From an uncultured archaeon (GTDB taxonomy: Archaea > Asgardarchaeota > Thorarchaeia > Thorarchaeales > Thorarchaeaceae), in assembly GCA_964558645.1 (NCBI GenBank), contig CAZLEV010000002.1, positions 224,001 to 288,000 on the forward strand: a DNA stretch of 64,000 nucleotides, read 5' to 3'. The translations under genes and the position numbers were made by a program. The notes beneath the pieces were generated by a model, which saw only the letters and a list, made by a program, of their open reading frames with translations, did not search any database and was not told the origin of the DNA. This document shows, piece after piece, positions 38,230 through 49,092 of this stretch. Numbering within the stretch: position 1 is the stretch's first letter; the number at the start of each line of letters is the position of its first letter.

Positions 38230-39036
38230 TCAGTCTCTTGCGAGATAGAAGTCAGATATCTTCGTCTTCTTGACTACAGGTAGAATTGCAATCAGGATTG
38301 CAACCAGTATGGCTACTCCAGCCGCCGTGAAGAATATCACTGGACTCGCAATCTGCTTGAGTGCGATTCCGGTTGAGGCCCATATGACCACTAGGCCAAA
38401 GGCGAAGTCACGCCGCTGGATGAGCATGAGCAGGGTCAGAACAAAGGCCACAATCACCATTGCAGCAGTTGCAAACTCTTGAACTGCAATCGGAATCCCC
38501 GGAATGAGAACGTTCAATACAGATGCTACATTAGCTATGGTGGCTAGGGATATCCAGCCAAGATAGACACTCGCAGGCAGGTGTACTGCCAGCTTCTCAC
38601 GCAGGGGCACCTCTTTCAGTCCGATTCCGAGTCGCATGTAGATGAAGAGAAGTGAGACCAGAAGAAGCAAGATGGGCACTGTGGATGCCACTAACAGAAT
38701 GGGAATTCCAGCAGAGTAATGGAAGAGGAGTATCCAGACTACATTACCGATTGCTCCCAGAAGGTGCCAGTAACCAATCTTGGACAGATATTCAGCATGC
38801 TGCTGCGAGGGTCGTGCCTGATATATCATGAACACCACCAACAGTACGTAGATCGCACCCCAGATTGCGAATACCCAACCGGGTGGAGTGAAGAGATTGG
38901 GATAGGAGTCTGCAACATCGCCAGTAGAGACCCCATTGATTGGAATGATATTGGCCAGCGCATTCACAATCAGTGTCATCAAGATTGCGATGATGTTGAC
39001 CACTTGAAAAATCCGGTAATCATTACTTTCCGTCAT
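38230..39036 (-). CDS. TspO/MBR-related tryptophan-rich membrane protein
   Basis: NALANIIPING, YPNLFTPPGWVFAIWGAIY, SVYLGWISLATIAN. Start chosen at ATG 39036. Confidence 0.8.
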   Translation of the reverse strand: MTESNDYRIFQVVNIIAILMTLIVNALANIIPINGVSTGDVADSYPNLFTPPGWVFAIWGAIYVLLVVFMIYQARPSQQHAEYLSKIGYWHLLGAIGNVVWILLFHYSAGIPILLVASTVPILLLLVSLLFIYMRLGIGLKEVPLREKLAVHLPASVYLGWISLATIANVASVLNVLIPGIPIAVQEFATAAMVIVAFVLTLLMLIQRRDFAFGLVVIWASTGIALKQIASPVIFFTAAGVAILVAILIAILPVVKKTKISDFYLARD

Positions 39037-39182
39037 GGTCGCACGAGATTTCACAATTGTTAATAAGGTTGTCCCTTCAAAGTAGGACGTATCTCCATTG
39101 CTCCCATTCTTCAATAAATGGAAGCGTGGGAGCATCAATCCTGCGTGGGCTAGCCGTTCGATTTTGAGTGAAGGCAGGAGAT

Positions 39183-39905
39183 TTACTCGGCCGCTTTGAC
39201 AGGCGCACCGCAGTACGGGCAGAATCTGTCCTCGGATTTCAATGCGAATCCACAATAGACACAAGCACCAGCAGCCTCCTTGACCGAATCAGGAATTCGA
39301 ACAGGTGTGGGTATAGTCCCTCCCGTGGAGGGATCAAACCAGATGTCAGTGGACCCACGTCTCTTCTCTCGGACGATGTGTTCTCTAGCCTTCTCTTGTG
39401 GTACACCGGCGCTGTCAGCAATATCGGACACAGTCCGACCAGAACCCAGACGAATCTCTCGAGCCACCTCAGAACGGCCACGAGTACTCTTATGCAGGGT
39501 CGATACGAGTGAGGCAATCAGGACAAGCAGGGGAATGAGAAAGAGCCAGCTTCTGGTGATCCAATATAGCCATCCAATGATTATGATGGGGATGAACGTC
39601 CCACAGGTCACTCCCTCCTCTCGCTGTCGTTTCCGGTCATAGAGGGGTTTGGTGGAGCGAGATGTCTTCTCGAGGGTGGGACCTGAGGTCGGAGTGTCAG
39701 CATCTGGCGCTCGCCAGTAGTCAACCTCTCTCTCGGTCCTGTTGATCTTTTCCTCTTCGGTTCTATCTGACACCAGCACGCATACCAAGATGAAGATGGG
39801 AATGAAGAGCCAACCATTACCTGTTATCAAGAACACAATGAACAGAACACCGATAGGAATCAACAGTCCCCGGTTACTGTCGTCGTCAAAGTCGTCCGTA
39901 TGCAT
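39183..39905 (-). CDS. Membrane protein with HTH-like segment and C-terminal Zn-ribbon
   Basis: Two hydrophobic hairpins; TVSDIADSAGVP; CVYCG...FCPYCG. Confidence 0.7.
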   Translation of the reverse strand: MHTDDFDDDSNRGLLIPIGVLFIVFLITGNGWLFIPIFILVCVLVSDRTEEEKINRTEREVDYWRAPDADTPTSGPTLEKTSRSTKPLYDRKRQREEGVTCGTFIPIIIIGWLYWITRSWLFLIPLLVLIASLVSTLHKSTRGRSEVAREIRLGSGRTVSDIADSAGVPQEKAREHIVREKRRGSTDIWFDPSTGGTIPTPVRIPDSVKEAAGACVYCGFALKSEDRFCPYCGAPVKAAE

Positions 39906-39998
39906 TAAGATGGCCCCGTGTGAATGCGTGTCATCAAGAACGTGAACGCTTATTGGTCTTGCTTGTTGGGGGTTTTTCGGACCGCGTGAACGATTGTA

Positions 39999-41018
39999 TC
40001 ATCTTCTTCTTACAACAATCAATCCAACAGCTATCGCCAAAGCAACGAGTGCCATGAGTAGGAAGGGACTGGCTGGAAGTGTGGGGAGTGTTGGAGTACC
40101 GGTATCTGTAGTCGATGTTGTTGTGCTAGATGTCGTGCTCGTGGTTGTTGCACCTGTTGGGACCCATCCCGCAAGCCGTGCCGCAAGCCACCAGAAGGCT
40201 CGCCCCTTCTGTTCACAGCTTGTGTACGTGGTGTGGCCGGCCTCGTTACCGTTGAAGTCTGAATGTTCCACAGGGATGTCTAACGTTGTTCCTTCGTTCT
40301 CGTATTCGTATGTGGCGTAATCACCATTGCTCCAACAATCCAAGTCCGCAAAATCAAACAGAATCTTGCCATTCTCTTGACAGTATTCCCGAATTTGCTC
40401 GTTCCGTAACCACCTGTTGTATCCGTCAGCACCAGTGGATTGAGCGTTACAGGTCATGTACACAAATGTGACATCAGTATTTGCGTTCTCCAGACCAGAT
40501 ATAGTATCAAGATATGCTTGTGTCTGTGATTCAGAATAGTAGTTCAGTTGTGCGCACCAGGACCACAAGGAGATGGTGAGGGAGGGGTTTTCATCAAGAG
40601 TTGACTGTGTTAGCTGTAAGCCGCTCGTTGATTCCCAGTACAATTCGGGAGTGATATACGATTGATCCCCATTTCCATCGTAGATACACAGGGCTCCAAC
40701 CTCATCAGGCAGATATCGGTCTCCCCGCGATTGGCTGAAAGTCGAGTTAGCGGACTCGATTCGCGACAGTCCAGTGGTTACCTGACTGCCATGACTGGTA
40801 TGGGCGTAGTGTATCTTCAACTCGTCCTTGGCAGTATCGATCCATTCGGACGGAATCTGACCGAGCTCAATACAAGTATGGTCAATCAGAATATGCTCAT
40901 TTGACTGAGCAGGAAACCGCCGGTTCGATTGAGCCGGTGGCACTCCTGCATCGAACATAGTAATTGCAGAAACAAGGACTACAGCAAGCGTGATAGAGAT
41001 GAACCTGTGGGGCGGCAC
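39999..41018 (-). CDS. Secreted, C-terminally anchored protein (possible SGNH-like hydrolase)
   Basis: Signal peptide; [21 protein letters not shown]; Thr-rich linker, TM and RRR tail. Confidence 0.75.
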   Translation of the reverse strand: MPPHRFISITLAVVLVSAITMFDAGVPPAQSNRRFPAQSNEHILIDHTCIELGQIPSEWIDTAKDELKIHYAHTSHGSQVTTGLSRIESANSTFSQSRGDRYLPDEVGALCIYDGNGDQSYITPELYWESTSGLQLTQSTLDENPSLTISLWSWCAQLNYYSESQTQAYLDTISGLENANTDVTFVYMTCNAQSTGADGYNRWLRNEQIREYCQENGKILFDFADLDCWSNGDYATYEYENEGTTLDIPVEHSDFNGNEAGHTTYTSCEQKGRAFWWLAARLAGWVPTGATTTSTTSSTTTSTTDTGTPTLPTLPASPFLLMALVALAIAVGLIVVRRR

Positions 41019-41150
41019 GGTCTTTTCCTCCTGTTTCTATCTGCCTAAAAAGATAATATCTCTTCTTCCGTGAAACCACTAGTCAGAACATTCAATTGTT
41101 TCAAGGACATTGGAACTCCCAGAAACATCCTAGCAGGAGAAACAGACGCG

Positions 41151-41660
41151 ATGGAAGAATCAAGATTATGGCTCATTGTCTTCACTCTCGTTATCTCGGC
41201 TGGAATCATGCTGAAGTTGGTACTCACTCCACTAGGTATTGATGTTGTAGTGGTCAATGGCGTCCGCCTTCTATCGATATTCTTGGGTATGTTGGGAGGT
41301 ATAGCTCTGGGAGAGTATCTGAAGATCCGTAAGAATGAGAAGACGGGGGATATCCTTCTTTCAGACCTCACGGAGGAGCTCAGAGTCAATCGAGAGCTGC
41401 TTGGAAAGGACATCCCATTGAGAAAGGGGTTCTGGATCCTTGGTGTGAGGTCAGGACGTGCGGAATATATACCCGAAACAGAGAGACGAATGCTTTGGGG
41501 AATCTATCCAGTAATCACGCACTACAACGACGATCTTGCTCAGGTCCATCGAGCCGAACTCATAGGTAAAGATGTAAGCCCCAAAGTTCAATCCGAGTTG
41601 GAACGACTTGCTGCAGATATTAGGAATAAGATTGACGAGTTCTTGGAGAGCCAAGATTGA
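41151..41660 (+). CDS. Hypothetical membrane protein
   Basis: Two N-terminal TMs; AGGAG upstream of ATG 41151. Confidence 0.65.
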   Translation: MEESRLWLIVFTLVISAGIMLKLVLTPLGIDVVVVNGVRLLSIFLGMLGGIALGEYLKIRKNEKTGDILLSDLTEELRVNRELLGKDIPLRKGFWILGVRSGRAEYIPETERRMLWGIYPVITHYNDDLAQVHRAELIGKDVSPKVQSELERLAADIRNKIDEFLESQD

Positions 41661-41705
41661 TAGGTAGCATCTTACTGCCTATCCACAAAGAAACGGTGAG
41701 CGGAA

Positions 41706-42497
41706 ATGGTGATGTTCATATCCTGTTCGACCCTCGGTGGCCTGCGGACTGACTCAGACTCAGAGATCTTTCTCATTGACCAGATAACTACCCTTTACAG
41801 AGTCAAACACTCTGGATATGACTGTGTCGAACTATACTACCGGCCTCATCCGAGCTGGGTGAAAGACACGATAGTTGCAGCACTTGAAGACCTCGAGCTG
41901 GCCGCCTATTCCATCCATCTCCCCAAGTTTCTGTTTGGATATGAAGAGAACGAGTTCCGTGAGATTCTTGAGCATGCTTTCGGTCTGGCCGGTGATGCTG
42001 AGGTCGAGGTTGTAGTACTTCACCCACCAAATGAAGCTGATCTGAAAGGAGATCTCTGGCGCGGCTATATGGAGAGGATGTTAGAGGCCTGCAACGAGGC
42101 GAACTGCACCCTCACGCTTGAGATTGTTCCCTATCTGACGAATGTTCACGAGTTCATCCGCGACCAAGTCGAGTTCTATGATGAGCATGACTTGGGTGTA
42201 ACAATCGACCTTGAGTTCATGCATATCCAAGGACTCCGAATTGAAACCCTGATGGATATGTTTGGGGACAGGGTCAGCAATATACATTTCAGAGATAGTG
42301 ATGGAGAACTCCTAGACCAAGAGGGACGGAGAAAATACTTGGTTCCAGGCAGTGGAGAGATTGACCTGAAAAACGTCATCAAGGTGCTGAAAAACAATGA
42401 CTATGAAGGAGCGGTGACAGTGGAGGTTTCTCATAAGAAGCGTAAGGATATAGTCACAGCCAAGCAGTACCTTGACTATCTTCTCTCGATAACGTGA
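41706..42497 (+). CDS. Sugar-phosphate isomerase/epimerase (AP endonuclease 2 TIM barrel)
   Basis: SIHLP, VVLHPP, LE, TIDLE, IHFRD, PGSGEID, VEV. Confidence 0.85.
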   Translation: MVMFISCSTLGGLRTDSDSEIFLIDQITTLYRVKHSGYDCVELYYRPHPSWVKDTIVAALEDLELAAYSIHLPKFLFGYEENEFREILEHAFGLAGDAEVEVVVLHPPNEADLKGDLWRGYMERMLEACNEANCTLTLEIVPYLTNVHEFIRDQVEFYDEHDLGVTIDLEFMHIQGLRIETLMDMFGDRVSNIHFRDSDGELLDQEGRRKYLVPGSGEIDLKNVIKVLKNNDYEGAVTVEVSHKKRKDIVTAKQYLDYLLSIT

Positions 42498-42596
42498 ACA
42501 TTTGTTCTGAGAAATGACCGTTATACATGACGTACGTCGCCACTGCAATCATGATGAGTATGTATCATCTCGCCAAGACGGAATGGAGGCCGAAGA

Positions 42597-42953
42597 ATGA
42601 GTTACTACCAAGACACTAGTGGAATGCTGTCGCGGAGGGAGCTAGCAGACCTAAGAAGATTGAAGGCTGTACGGGAAGCGCTGGATGAACTGAAACGAAA
42701 GGGAATCTCAACAGATATTCCAGTGTGTCCAAACTGCAAGAGCGTCCGATTGGTCGACCTGACATCTTATCATGATCTGGGATATATCGGATCATTCCAG
42801 CCTGCATACTACTGTCTGGACTGTGGGTGGTATGGTAGAGTACTGACAATCATGTCAAATCGGGATGAACAGGATGCAATCTTGAAGGACATGCGGGATA
42901 CATTTCCATCAATGCTTGATGATGTAGAATCGACAGAGAGAAACAGACCTTGA
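42597..42953 (+). CDS. Zn-ribbon hypothetical protein
   Basis: CPNC...YYCLDCGWYG; GGAGG upstream. Confidence 0.7.
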   Translation: MSYYQDTSGMLSRRELADLRRLKAVREALDELKRKGISTDIPVCPNCKSVRLVDLTSYHDLGYIGSFQPAYYCLDCGWYGRVLTIMSNRDEQDAILKDMRDTFPSMLDDVESTERNRP

Positions 42954-43045
42954 TGTTCATCCTAGCTGCTTTGTCCCGGTCACCTACAGTGCGTGTCTCC
43001 TGCCCTTTTCACATACTGTAGTAGTACCACAATTCTCTTTCAGAG

Positions 43046-43708
43046 CTAAGCCATAGAGAGGAAATAGCTACAGTGTCGACTCAGAATACACTGATCACAC
43101 AGGGGATTTCTGGCTCGGCAAATCTGGCGCCCATGTGTCACTAGGTTGTGATTCAATGAATAGATGCAGGATTTGGGGATGATTGCCTCAAGGAGTTCAT
43201 GAGCCTTCTCTCTTGTAGTGTCGGAATCGATTAATCCCAGACGTTTCGTCACTCTCCAGACGTGAGTGTCGACGGGTAATGCTGCGCGGCCGAATGAGAA
43301 TAAGAGAACGATTGCAGCAGTCTTGGGACCTACGCCATGTAATGAGGTCAACCAGTCTTTCGCTTCGGCCAATGGCAAGTCTTTCAAGTGGGAGATATCG
43401 AGAGAACCGACCCTTTTCTTGATCTCAGAGAGTGCAGCCTTGATTCTCTCCGTCTTTATGCGGAAGAAGCCTGAAACACGGATAGCATCCTCGACCTCTT
43501 CATTGGGCGCCTTCAGCAGTTCCTCCCAGTTTGAGAATCTCTTCTTCAGTCTTGCAAAGGCACGACTGGTATTGACATCGGAGGTGTTCTGACTCAATAT
43601 TGTGAGAACCAGTTCATCGATGGCGGGTAAGCGTCTCGTGGCAATCCTGTCACCGTATCCCTCCGAAAGAGCATCACAAATTCGTTGCGCTTTCCGCTCG
43701 ACCGACAT
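43046..43708 (-). CDS. nth: Endonuclease III
   Basis: ILSQNTSD, LHGVGPKTA, PVDTHV, Fe-S motif CRARNPLCDQCILSRHC. Confidence 0.92.
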   Translation of the reverse strand: MSVERKAQRICDALSEGYGDRIATRRLPAIDELVLTILSQNTSDVNTSRAFARLKKRFSNWEELLKAPNEEVEDAIRVSGFFRIKTERIKAALSEIKKRVGSLDISHLKDLPLAEAKDWLTSLHGVGPKTAAIVLLFSFGRAALPVDTHVWRVTKRLGLIDSDTTREKAHELLEAIIPKSCIYSLNHNLVTHGRQICRARNPLCDQCILSRHCSYFLSMA

Positions 43709-43711
43709 CTC

Positions 43712-45511
43712 TCATCCAGCCATTGCTTGATGTGCCTGAATCTGCAGCTCGTACAAGGAGTAGTACTTACCCCTCTTCTTCATGAGTTCAGCATGACTTC
43801 CCGATTCAACAATCTCGCCATCTTCGAGGACAAGGATTCTATCAGCCTTGACAATAGTGGAGAGTCTGTGAGCGATGACTATTGATGTCCGATTTCTCAG
43901 GAGTGCCTTCATTCCTTTCTGGATTGCATATTCGGTATACACATCTATTGAACTCGTAGCCTCATCCAGCACCAAGATTCGAGGATTTGCTAGCAACGCA
44001 CGAGCGAAACTCACGAGCTGACGCTCACCCTCGCTAAGCCGCTCACCGCGCTCGCCCACTTCTGTATCAAGTCCGTTCTCGAGCCCTTCAATAATTCTTC
44101 GAGCACCAATTGCGTCGACAGCAGAAACTACCTCCTCATCACTGGCATCTGGCCGCCCGTACTTAATATTCTCTCTGACAGTACCCATGAACAGGAAGGA
44201 GTCCTGAAGAACCAGGCCGATAGTCGCTTGGAGTGAGTCTAGAGTCACATCTCGAATATCAATACCGTCAATTCTGACAGATCCCTTGTCTACGTCGTAG
44301 AATCTGTTGAGAAGACTGACGACCGTTGTCTTTCCGGCACCAGTGTCACCAACGAGGGCTATCGTCTCTCCGGCTTGTATCTCGAGGTTAAAGTTCTCAA
44401 GTACGTTCTTACCCTCAACATAGCTGAATGTGACATCGTCAAACTCGATGTGGCCATCCACATGAGGCATCTCGATTGCGCTCGGCCGGTCACGTACCGT
44501 TGATTCAGTGTCCATGACTGTGAAGACTCGCTCACCACCAGCAAATGCGCTCTGTACGCTGGTGTAGAAGTTAGAGATGATCAGAATCGGCCTGAAGAAC
44601 TGGTCGCTGAAGCGGATGAACATGACGACTGTTCCGAGGGTCACAAGACCTTGAATGAGCCGCATTCCTCCAAACCACAGTATGAGGAATGTTCCAAGAC
44701 CACCGATGAAACGGATGGAGGGAAAGAAGGTAGACTGTGCCTTTCCTGCATCTACGTTGGACTCGTAGTCTGCTCGGTTCACCGTATCGAAGTTCTCCAC
44801 GTTTATTCTCTCGCGTGCAAAGCTCTTCGTGACCTTAGCGCCTGATATGCTCTCAGCCAGGTTCGCAGTGACAACCGAAATGGTCTTTCGGGTCTGCCTG
44901 TAGGCCTCCTTTAGCCGCTTTCGATAGTATACGGTTGAAACCAAGAGGAGAGGAACCACGGCCAACGTGACCAGAGCAAGCTCCGTGTCCACGGTGAAGA
45001 TGACTCCTCCGATGGCAACTACAATGAATACCTGAGCGAAGGCATTGATGAGGCCACCATTGAGCAGTTCACTCATTCTGTCGATATCGTTTGTCAGTCG
45101 AGAGATGACTCGGCCACTTGCAGATTCATCATAGAAGTCTTGGGAGAGCCCCTGTAGATGGGAAAAGAGATCTTGCCTGATATCGTAGATGGCATTCTGA
45201 CCCATCCAACTCATGAGATACTCACTACCATATGTCGATACCCAAGAGAGAATCTGCAGAATCACATAGATAGTTGCTGTCATCAGGAGAGCCTGAAGGT
45301 CTCCACTGGGAAAGTCAACATCTATAGCCTGTCTTAGTGCAAACGGGATCAAGACACTGGTCACGATTCCGAGTACTACGAAGGCAACCACTGCAGCAAA
45401 AGCTCGGGGATATCGTAGGAGATATCCAACCATCCGTTTCAGAAGCTGTGTATCAGAGAACTCGTAGGTTCTGGCCTCTGGCTCGTCCTGTTGGTTAAGA
45501 GCACTACTCAC
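43712..45511 (-). CDS. Heterodimeric ABC exporter subunit (TM288-like)
   Basis: TMD + NBD; GDTGAGKTT, degenerate LSEGERQ, LDEATS, IAHRLST. GTG start after GGAGGT overlaps the upstream stop. Confidence 0.92.
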   Translation of the reverse strand: MSSALNQQDEPEARTYEFSDTQLLKRMVGYLLRYPRAFAAVVAFVVLGIVTSVLIPFALRQAIDVDFPSGDLQALLMTATIYVILQILSWVSTYGSEYLMSWMGQNAIYDIRQDLFSHLQGLSQDFYDESASGRVISRLTNDIDRMSELLNGGLINAFAQVFIVVAIGGVIFTVDTELALVTLAVVPLLLVSTVYYRKRLKEAYRQTRKTISVVTANLAESISGAKVTKSFARERINVENFDTVNRADYESNVDAGKAQSTFFPSIRFIGGLGTFLILWFGGMRLIQGLVTLGTVVMFIRFSDQFFRPILIISNFYTSVQSAFAGGERVFTVMDTESTVRDRPSAIEMPHVDGHIEFDDVTFSYVEGKNVLENFNLEIQAGETIALVGDTGAGKTTVVSLLNRFYDVDKGSVRIDGIDIRDVTLDSLQATIGLVLQDSFLFMGTVRENIKYGRPDASDEEVVSAVDAIGARRIIEGLENGLDTEVGERGERLSEGERQLVSFARALLANPRILVLDEATSSIDVYTEYAIQKGMKALLRNRTSIVIAHRLSTIVKADRILVLEDGEIVESGSHAELMKKRGKYYSLYELQIQAHQAMAG

Positions 45512-47429
45512 CACTGACACCTCCCACTGTAACCTTCGCGGTGTCTTCCTCGTCAGGAACGGATGCTGCAAGTTCCATCTCTGTCAGGGTGGAATGAATA
45601 CCTGCATAGAGCCCGTCCTTGGCTAGCAGCTCTTCATGGCTACCCATCTCAATGATCCTCCCTCGTTCCATCATCACTATGATGCTGGCATTGCGGATAG
45701 TGCTAAGCCTGTGAGTGATGATGAAGGTGGTTCGACCCTCCATTAGATACTCCATGGCCTCTTGGATGAGTTTCTCTGTGTTGGCATCAACAGAGCTTGT
45801 CGAATCGTCGAGAATCAGAATCTGCGGATCCGCAAGGAGTGCCCGTGCAATGGCAATCCTCTGCTTCTGACCCCCGCTCAATGTCACACCGCGTTCGCCA
45901 ACAACCGAGTCATACCGCTCATCAAGGGTCATGATGTAGTCGTGGATTCTAGCGGCTCTTGCGGCATCTTTCACCTTCTCTAATGGAACATCAGGACAGG
46001 CGAACGCTATGTTCTCACGGATTGTGGCTGAGAACAGGAAAGGATCCTGATGTACCATGCCAATCTTCGCACGTAGTTCTCGAATTCTGAATCGCCTGAC
46101 ATCGATGCCATCGATGAGGACGCTCCCCGGAGGACATATCTCGTACTCCTTTCCCTCAATCTCAACAACGCCATTTTTGACTGGGTACTTCTGTTCGTCA
46201 ATTCTGACAAACTCACCATCAATGACTCGACGCACCTGTCCGTCATAGTAGATTGTGGGGTCCGAACTGACATCATAGAATCGGGGAATCAGGTTCATGA
46301 GACTGCTCTTTCCAGAACCTGTCCCACCAAGAAGCGCCACCACAGCACCCGGCTCCACAGAGAAATCTATGTCTTTGAGCTGGTACTTCTCTCCACTGTA
46401 GCTGAAATAGACATGCTCGAAATCTATTGCGCCCTGTATCTCATCGATATCAACAGGATCTTCAGGGTCAGTGACCTCTTCTTCATGGTCTAGTATGTAG
46501 AAAGTCCTCTCAGCTGCTGCAGAGGCACGTTGATACATACCCACACCCCAGCTTAGAAAACGAGCGGGGAGGATGAGCATACTCACTAGTGTGATATATG
46601 CAACAAACTTGCCGTATGTGAGGCCTTCGAAGACGAAAGACACACCACCTAGGTAGATGAGGAATCCTATCGCCAGGCCAAACAGAGTGGGCAGCATTGG
46701 CCGATAGAGAGCAAGAAGTCGGAATGCCTCAGTCGCGAGATCGCGGTATTTGCTGTTCTCCACTTCAACACGTGCGTTTTCCCGTTCCTTTGAGGCGTAG
46801 GACTTGACAACCTTCATGCCTACGATGTTCTCAGCAAGGACTGAGCTGAGCTCACCGTATTGGCTACGGGTCTTGTAGAAGACCGGTCGAACCTTCTTTG
46901 CAAAGACATAGACAAATGTGCCAATGACGAGGAGCATGGGGAGCATGTATAGTGTCAGTGTGGAGCTGATTGTCCACATGACGGCATAGGTGCCAACCAG
47001 AGTGGCAAGACCGATGACAATCACCCTGTACCCCCAATACAGGAACTCACGCATGGTGGTGACATCAGTCGTGACTCGAGCCAGCAGTTGACCGGTCTCA
47101 TTGGCATCGTAGAACGAGAGGTCTTTCTCCATCAGTGATTCATATAGCTCGCTTCTCATGTCATAGATCGACTGCTGAGAGGAGAGAGCAGCACCGTATC
47201 GACCAGCAATATCGAATAGTGCATATAGACCGGCCAGTGCCAAATAGAGGAACACATTGGGGACAAGGGCGCTGTAGTCCTGTGCAGGTATGACTTGGTC
47301 TATGATCTGTTCAATGACGATTGGCGTCAGTACGTTGAATACAGTCCCAGCTATTGCACACGATAAGAATCCGAGAAACAACTTTCGGTTCCTGAGAGGA
47401 TAGCTGGTTAGACGCGAGATGTAGCCCAT
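45504..47429 (-). CDS. Heterodimeric ABC exporter subunit (TM287-like) with a 45-aa NBD insertion
   Basis: GGTGSGKSS, LSGGQKQR, degenerate Walker B LDDSTS. Confidence 0.92.
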   Translation of the reverse strand: MGYISRLTSYPLRNRKLFLGFLSCAIAGTVFNVLTPIVIEQIIDQVIPAQDYSALVPNVFLYLALAGLYALFDIAGRYGAALSSQQSIYDMRSELYESLMEKDLSFYDANETGQLLARVTTDVTTMREFLYWGYRVIVIGLATLVGTYAVMWTISSTLTLYMLPMLLVIGTFVYVFAKKVRPVFYKTRSQYGELSSVLAENIVGMKVVKSYASKERENARVEVENSKYRDLATEAFRLLALYRPMLPTLFGLAIGFLIYLGGVSFVFEGLTYGKFVAYITLVSMLILPARFLSWGVGMYQRASAAAERTFYILDHEEEVTDPEDPVDIDEIQGAIDFEHVYFSYSGEKYQLKDIDFSVEPGAVVALLGGTGSGKSSLMNLIPRFYDVSSDPTIYYDGQVRRVIDGEFVRIDEQKYPVKNGVVEIEGKEYEICPPGSVLIDGIDVRRFRIRELRAKIGMVHQDPFLFSATIRENIAFACPDVPLEKVKDAARAARIHDYIMTLDERYDSVVGERGVTLSGGQKQRIAIARALLADPQILILDDSTSSVDANTEKLIQEAMEYLMEGRTTFIITHRLSTIRNASIIVMMERGRIIEMGSHEELLAKDGLYAGIHSTLTEMELAASVPDEEDTAKVTVGGVSGE

Positions 47430-47484
47430 AGTATCTTCTTCCTGCCCTCAATCATTGTGTATGATAAGAGTTGTGAAAACTACA

Positions 47485-47916
47485 TCAAACTTTCGGATTC
47501 TTGGCGCATTGCCGGGCCAAGGCAACACCCAGCTCCCGACAGGCATCAAGATCCCGACCGTAAGGATGGTCCTTGACCTTGAGTGGACTCTCTGCTACCA
47601 GTACCGCTCCGACATTTGCCAAGTGCTCAGCAATGATGTCCGGAGCTTCACCGCTCCATCCGTAAGACCCAAAGGCTGCAGCAGGTATCTCGTCAATCTC
47701 AGCAAGCTCTGCGAGTATCTGACGAACCTTGGGCAAGGGTTTCTTCATCCGTGTTGAGCTTCCGATGGCAACAGCACAGTCATCAACTACTCCGTCGAAC
47801 TTGCGTGCCTCAACGAGTCTGCATTCAAGGCCCTCTGACTCGACCCCCTCACAGATCGTTTCGGCCATCTTCTTTGTTCTACCCATGGTACTCTCATATA
47901 TGACCAGTATTCGCAT
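47485..47916 (-). CDS. Flavodoxin-domain protein
   Basis: YESTMGRTKKMA, IGSST, AFGSYGWSGEA. Confidence 0.9.
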   Translation of the reverse strand: MRILVIYESTMGRTKKMAETICEGVESEGLECRLVEARKFDGVVDDCAVAIGSSTRMKKPLPKVRQILAELAEIDEIPAAAFGSYGWSGEAPDIIAEHLANVGAVLVAESPLKVKDHPYGRDLDACRELGVALARQCAKNPKV

Positions 47917-48220
47917 CTGAATCAGGACTCATGTGTTAGCCTCTGTTTTCTAATTAAATTGTCCGATAAGAGTGTCAGATTCCCTGTTGTTTGCCCCTGA
48001 AGAAACCATACTCAAAGGAGATTATATACCACCGTCACGACTAGCATACCGGACTGGGTGAGTGAGCCAGTGCGGCAAGAGCAGCACCGAGGCTGCCACC
48101 GAAAACTCGGAGGAAACATATCTCCGAAGGGAAGTCCTCACTCTCCATCAAAGGAACTGCATCAGCTCCCGGAGAGTCCGCGGCTGTTCACCTTGCTCAA
48201 TCGAGCCTCGCTGCCTTCAG

Positions 48221-48292
48221 CGACGGATACCACCCAGTGCCGTTACCCAGGGAGATAACTCTCTGGTGTCCAATATACAATGAACGGTTCTG
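48221..48292 (-). repeat. Dispersed non-coding repeat family 1, copy C (partial/diverged)
   Basis: CGACGGATACCACCCAGTGCCGTTACCCAGGGAGATAACTCTCTGGTGTCCAATATACAATGAACGGTTCTG matches 6102-6182; a CCGAAAAC block near 48099 suggests it extends further. Confidence 0.82.
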
Positions 48293-48318
48293 CAACAAGC
48301 ATCTTCCTTGTCAGGAGG

Positions 48319-48355
48319 AAAAATAAACGGAAGGGGACGCCCTAACGGCGTTCCC
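48319..48355 (-). terminator. Hairpin plus T-tract after the 48367-49092 gene
   Basis: Minus strand GGGAACGCC-gttag-GGCGTCCCC followed by TTCCGTTTATTTTT. Confidence 0.6.
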
Positions 48356-48366
48356 AAAGATGGGGT

Positions 48367-49092
48367 CTACTCCCAGTTGTAGAAGTCGTCATCCTCGGAT
48401 ACTCTTGATGAGAACCTCTTGATCTTCTTCATCGAGCGGCTGACAGCTCGTTCAACTTGGTCTCCTATACGCTCTCCAAGGTTCTCAAGATCTTCAAGGC
48501 CTTGGATCCCGTTCTTAGTCACCAGTATCTCCTTGCCGTTAGAGCCTCTGACAGATACTCCCTCTTTTCCAACAGAGACCATCTTGTCCTCGCTCACAAC
48601 ATAGACGCGTTTGCCGTAGGTGAGGACCAGCTCATCTTCTTTGACAACCAGAACGATTTTGGTGTCTGATTCATCTCTGCCGATGAACACCTTACCATCA
48701 GGCTCATAGTTGCCTGATTTCTGGTCATGCTGACCCAAGATGGATGCAGCTTCTGCAAGGAACTCAGCCTTACCTTTGAATCCAGCTCCTGGGAGATCTT
48801 CATCCTCAGCCGTTCTGGAGTGCCCTTCGATGTCGGGCTTGTAAAACAGCAGCTGCACTCCTTTCAGATTGCCACTCTCGGATTTGCCCACCGCACCTGC
48901 ACGGGTCTCCGCAATGGCATCGACCACGAATCTGGCCGGCCCTGCAAAGACAATCCCTACTCTTCTATCACCTAGAGTAACATAGGACCAGACACACTCT
49001 GGCCCCATCTCGATGATAGCCTTGTCTGTGGATATCGGCAAGTAGGCCTCGGTTGTTACCATGACTCGCTCGTCAATCTCCAGCCGTACCAT
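48367..49092 (-). CDS. Hypothetical protein
   Basis: 241-aa ORF coupled (TAATG overlap) to the upstream regulator. Confidence 0.7.
   Translation of the reverse strand: MVRLEIDERVMVTTEAYLPISTDKAIIEMGPECVWSYVTLGDRRVGIVFAGPARFVVDAIAETRAGAVGKSESGNLKGVQLLFYKPDIEGHSRTAEDEDLPGAGFKGKAEFLAEAASILGQHDQKSGNYEPDGKVFIGRDESDTKIVLVVKEDELVLTYGKRVYVVSEDKMVSVGKEGVSVRGSNGKEILVTKNGIQGLEDLENLGERIGDQVERAVSRSMKKIKRFSSRVSEDDDFYNWE

Noticed and set aside
46128-46262. Intein in the ABC ATPase
   Set aside because: Too short, and it lacks the N-terminal Cys/Ser and C-terminal His-Asn signature.
48058-48260. Possible RNase P or SRP RNA (GAGGAAA...GGAAGTCC, GC-rich intergenic)
   Set aside because: The conserved GAGGAAAGUCC and matching 3' P4 strand are absent, as is an SRP helix-8 motif; part of the region is explained by repeat family 1.
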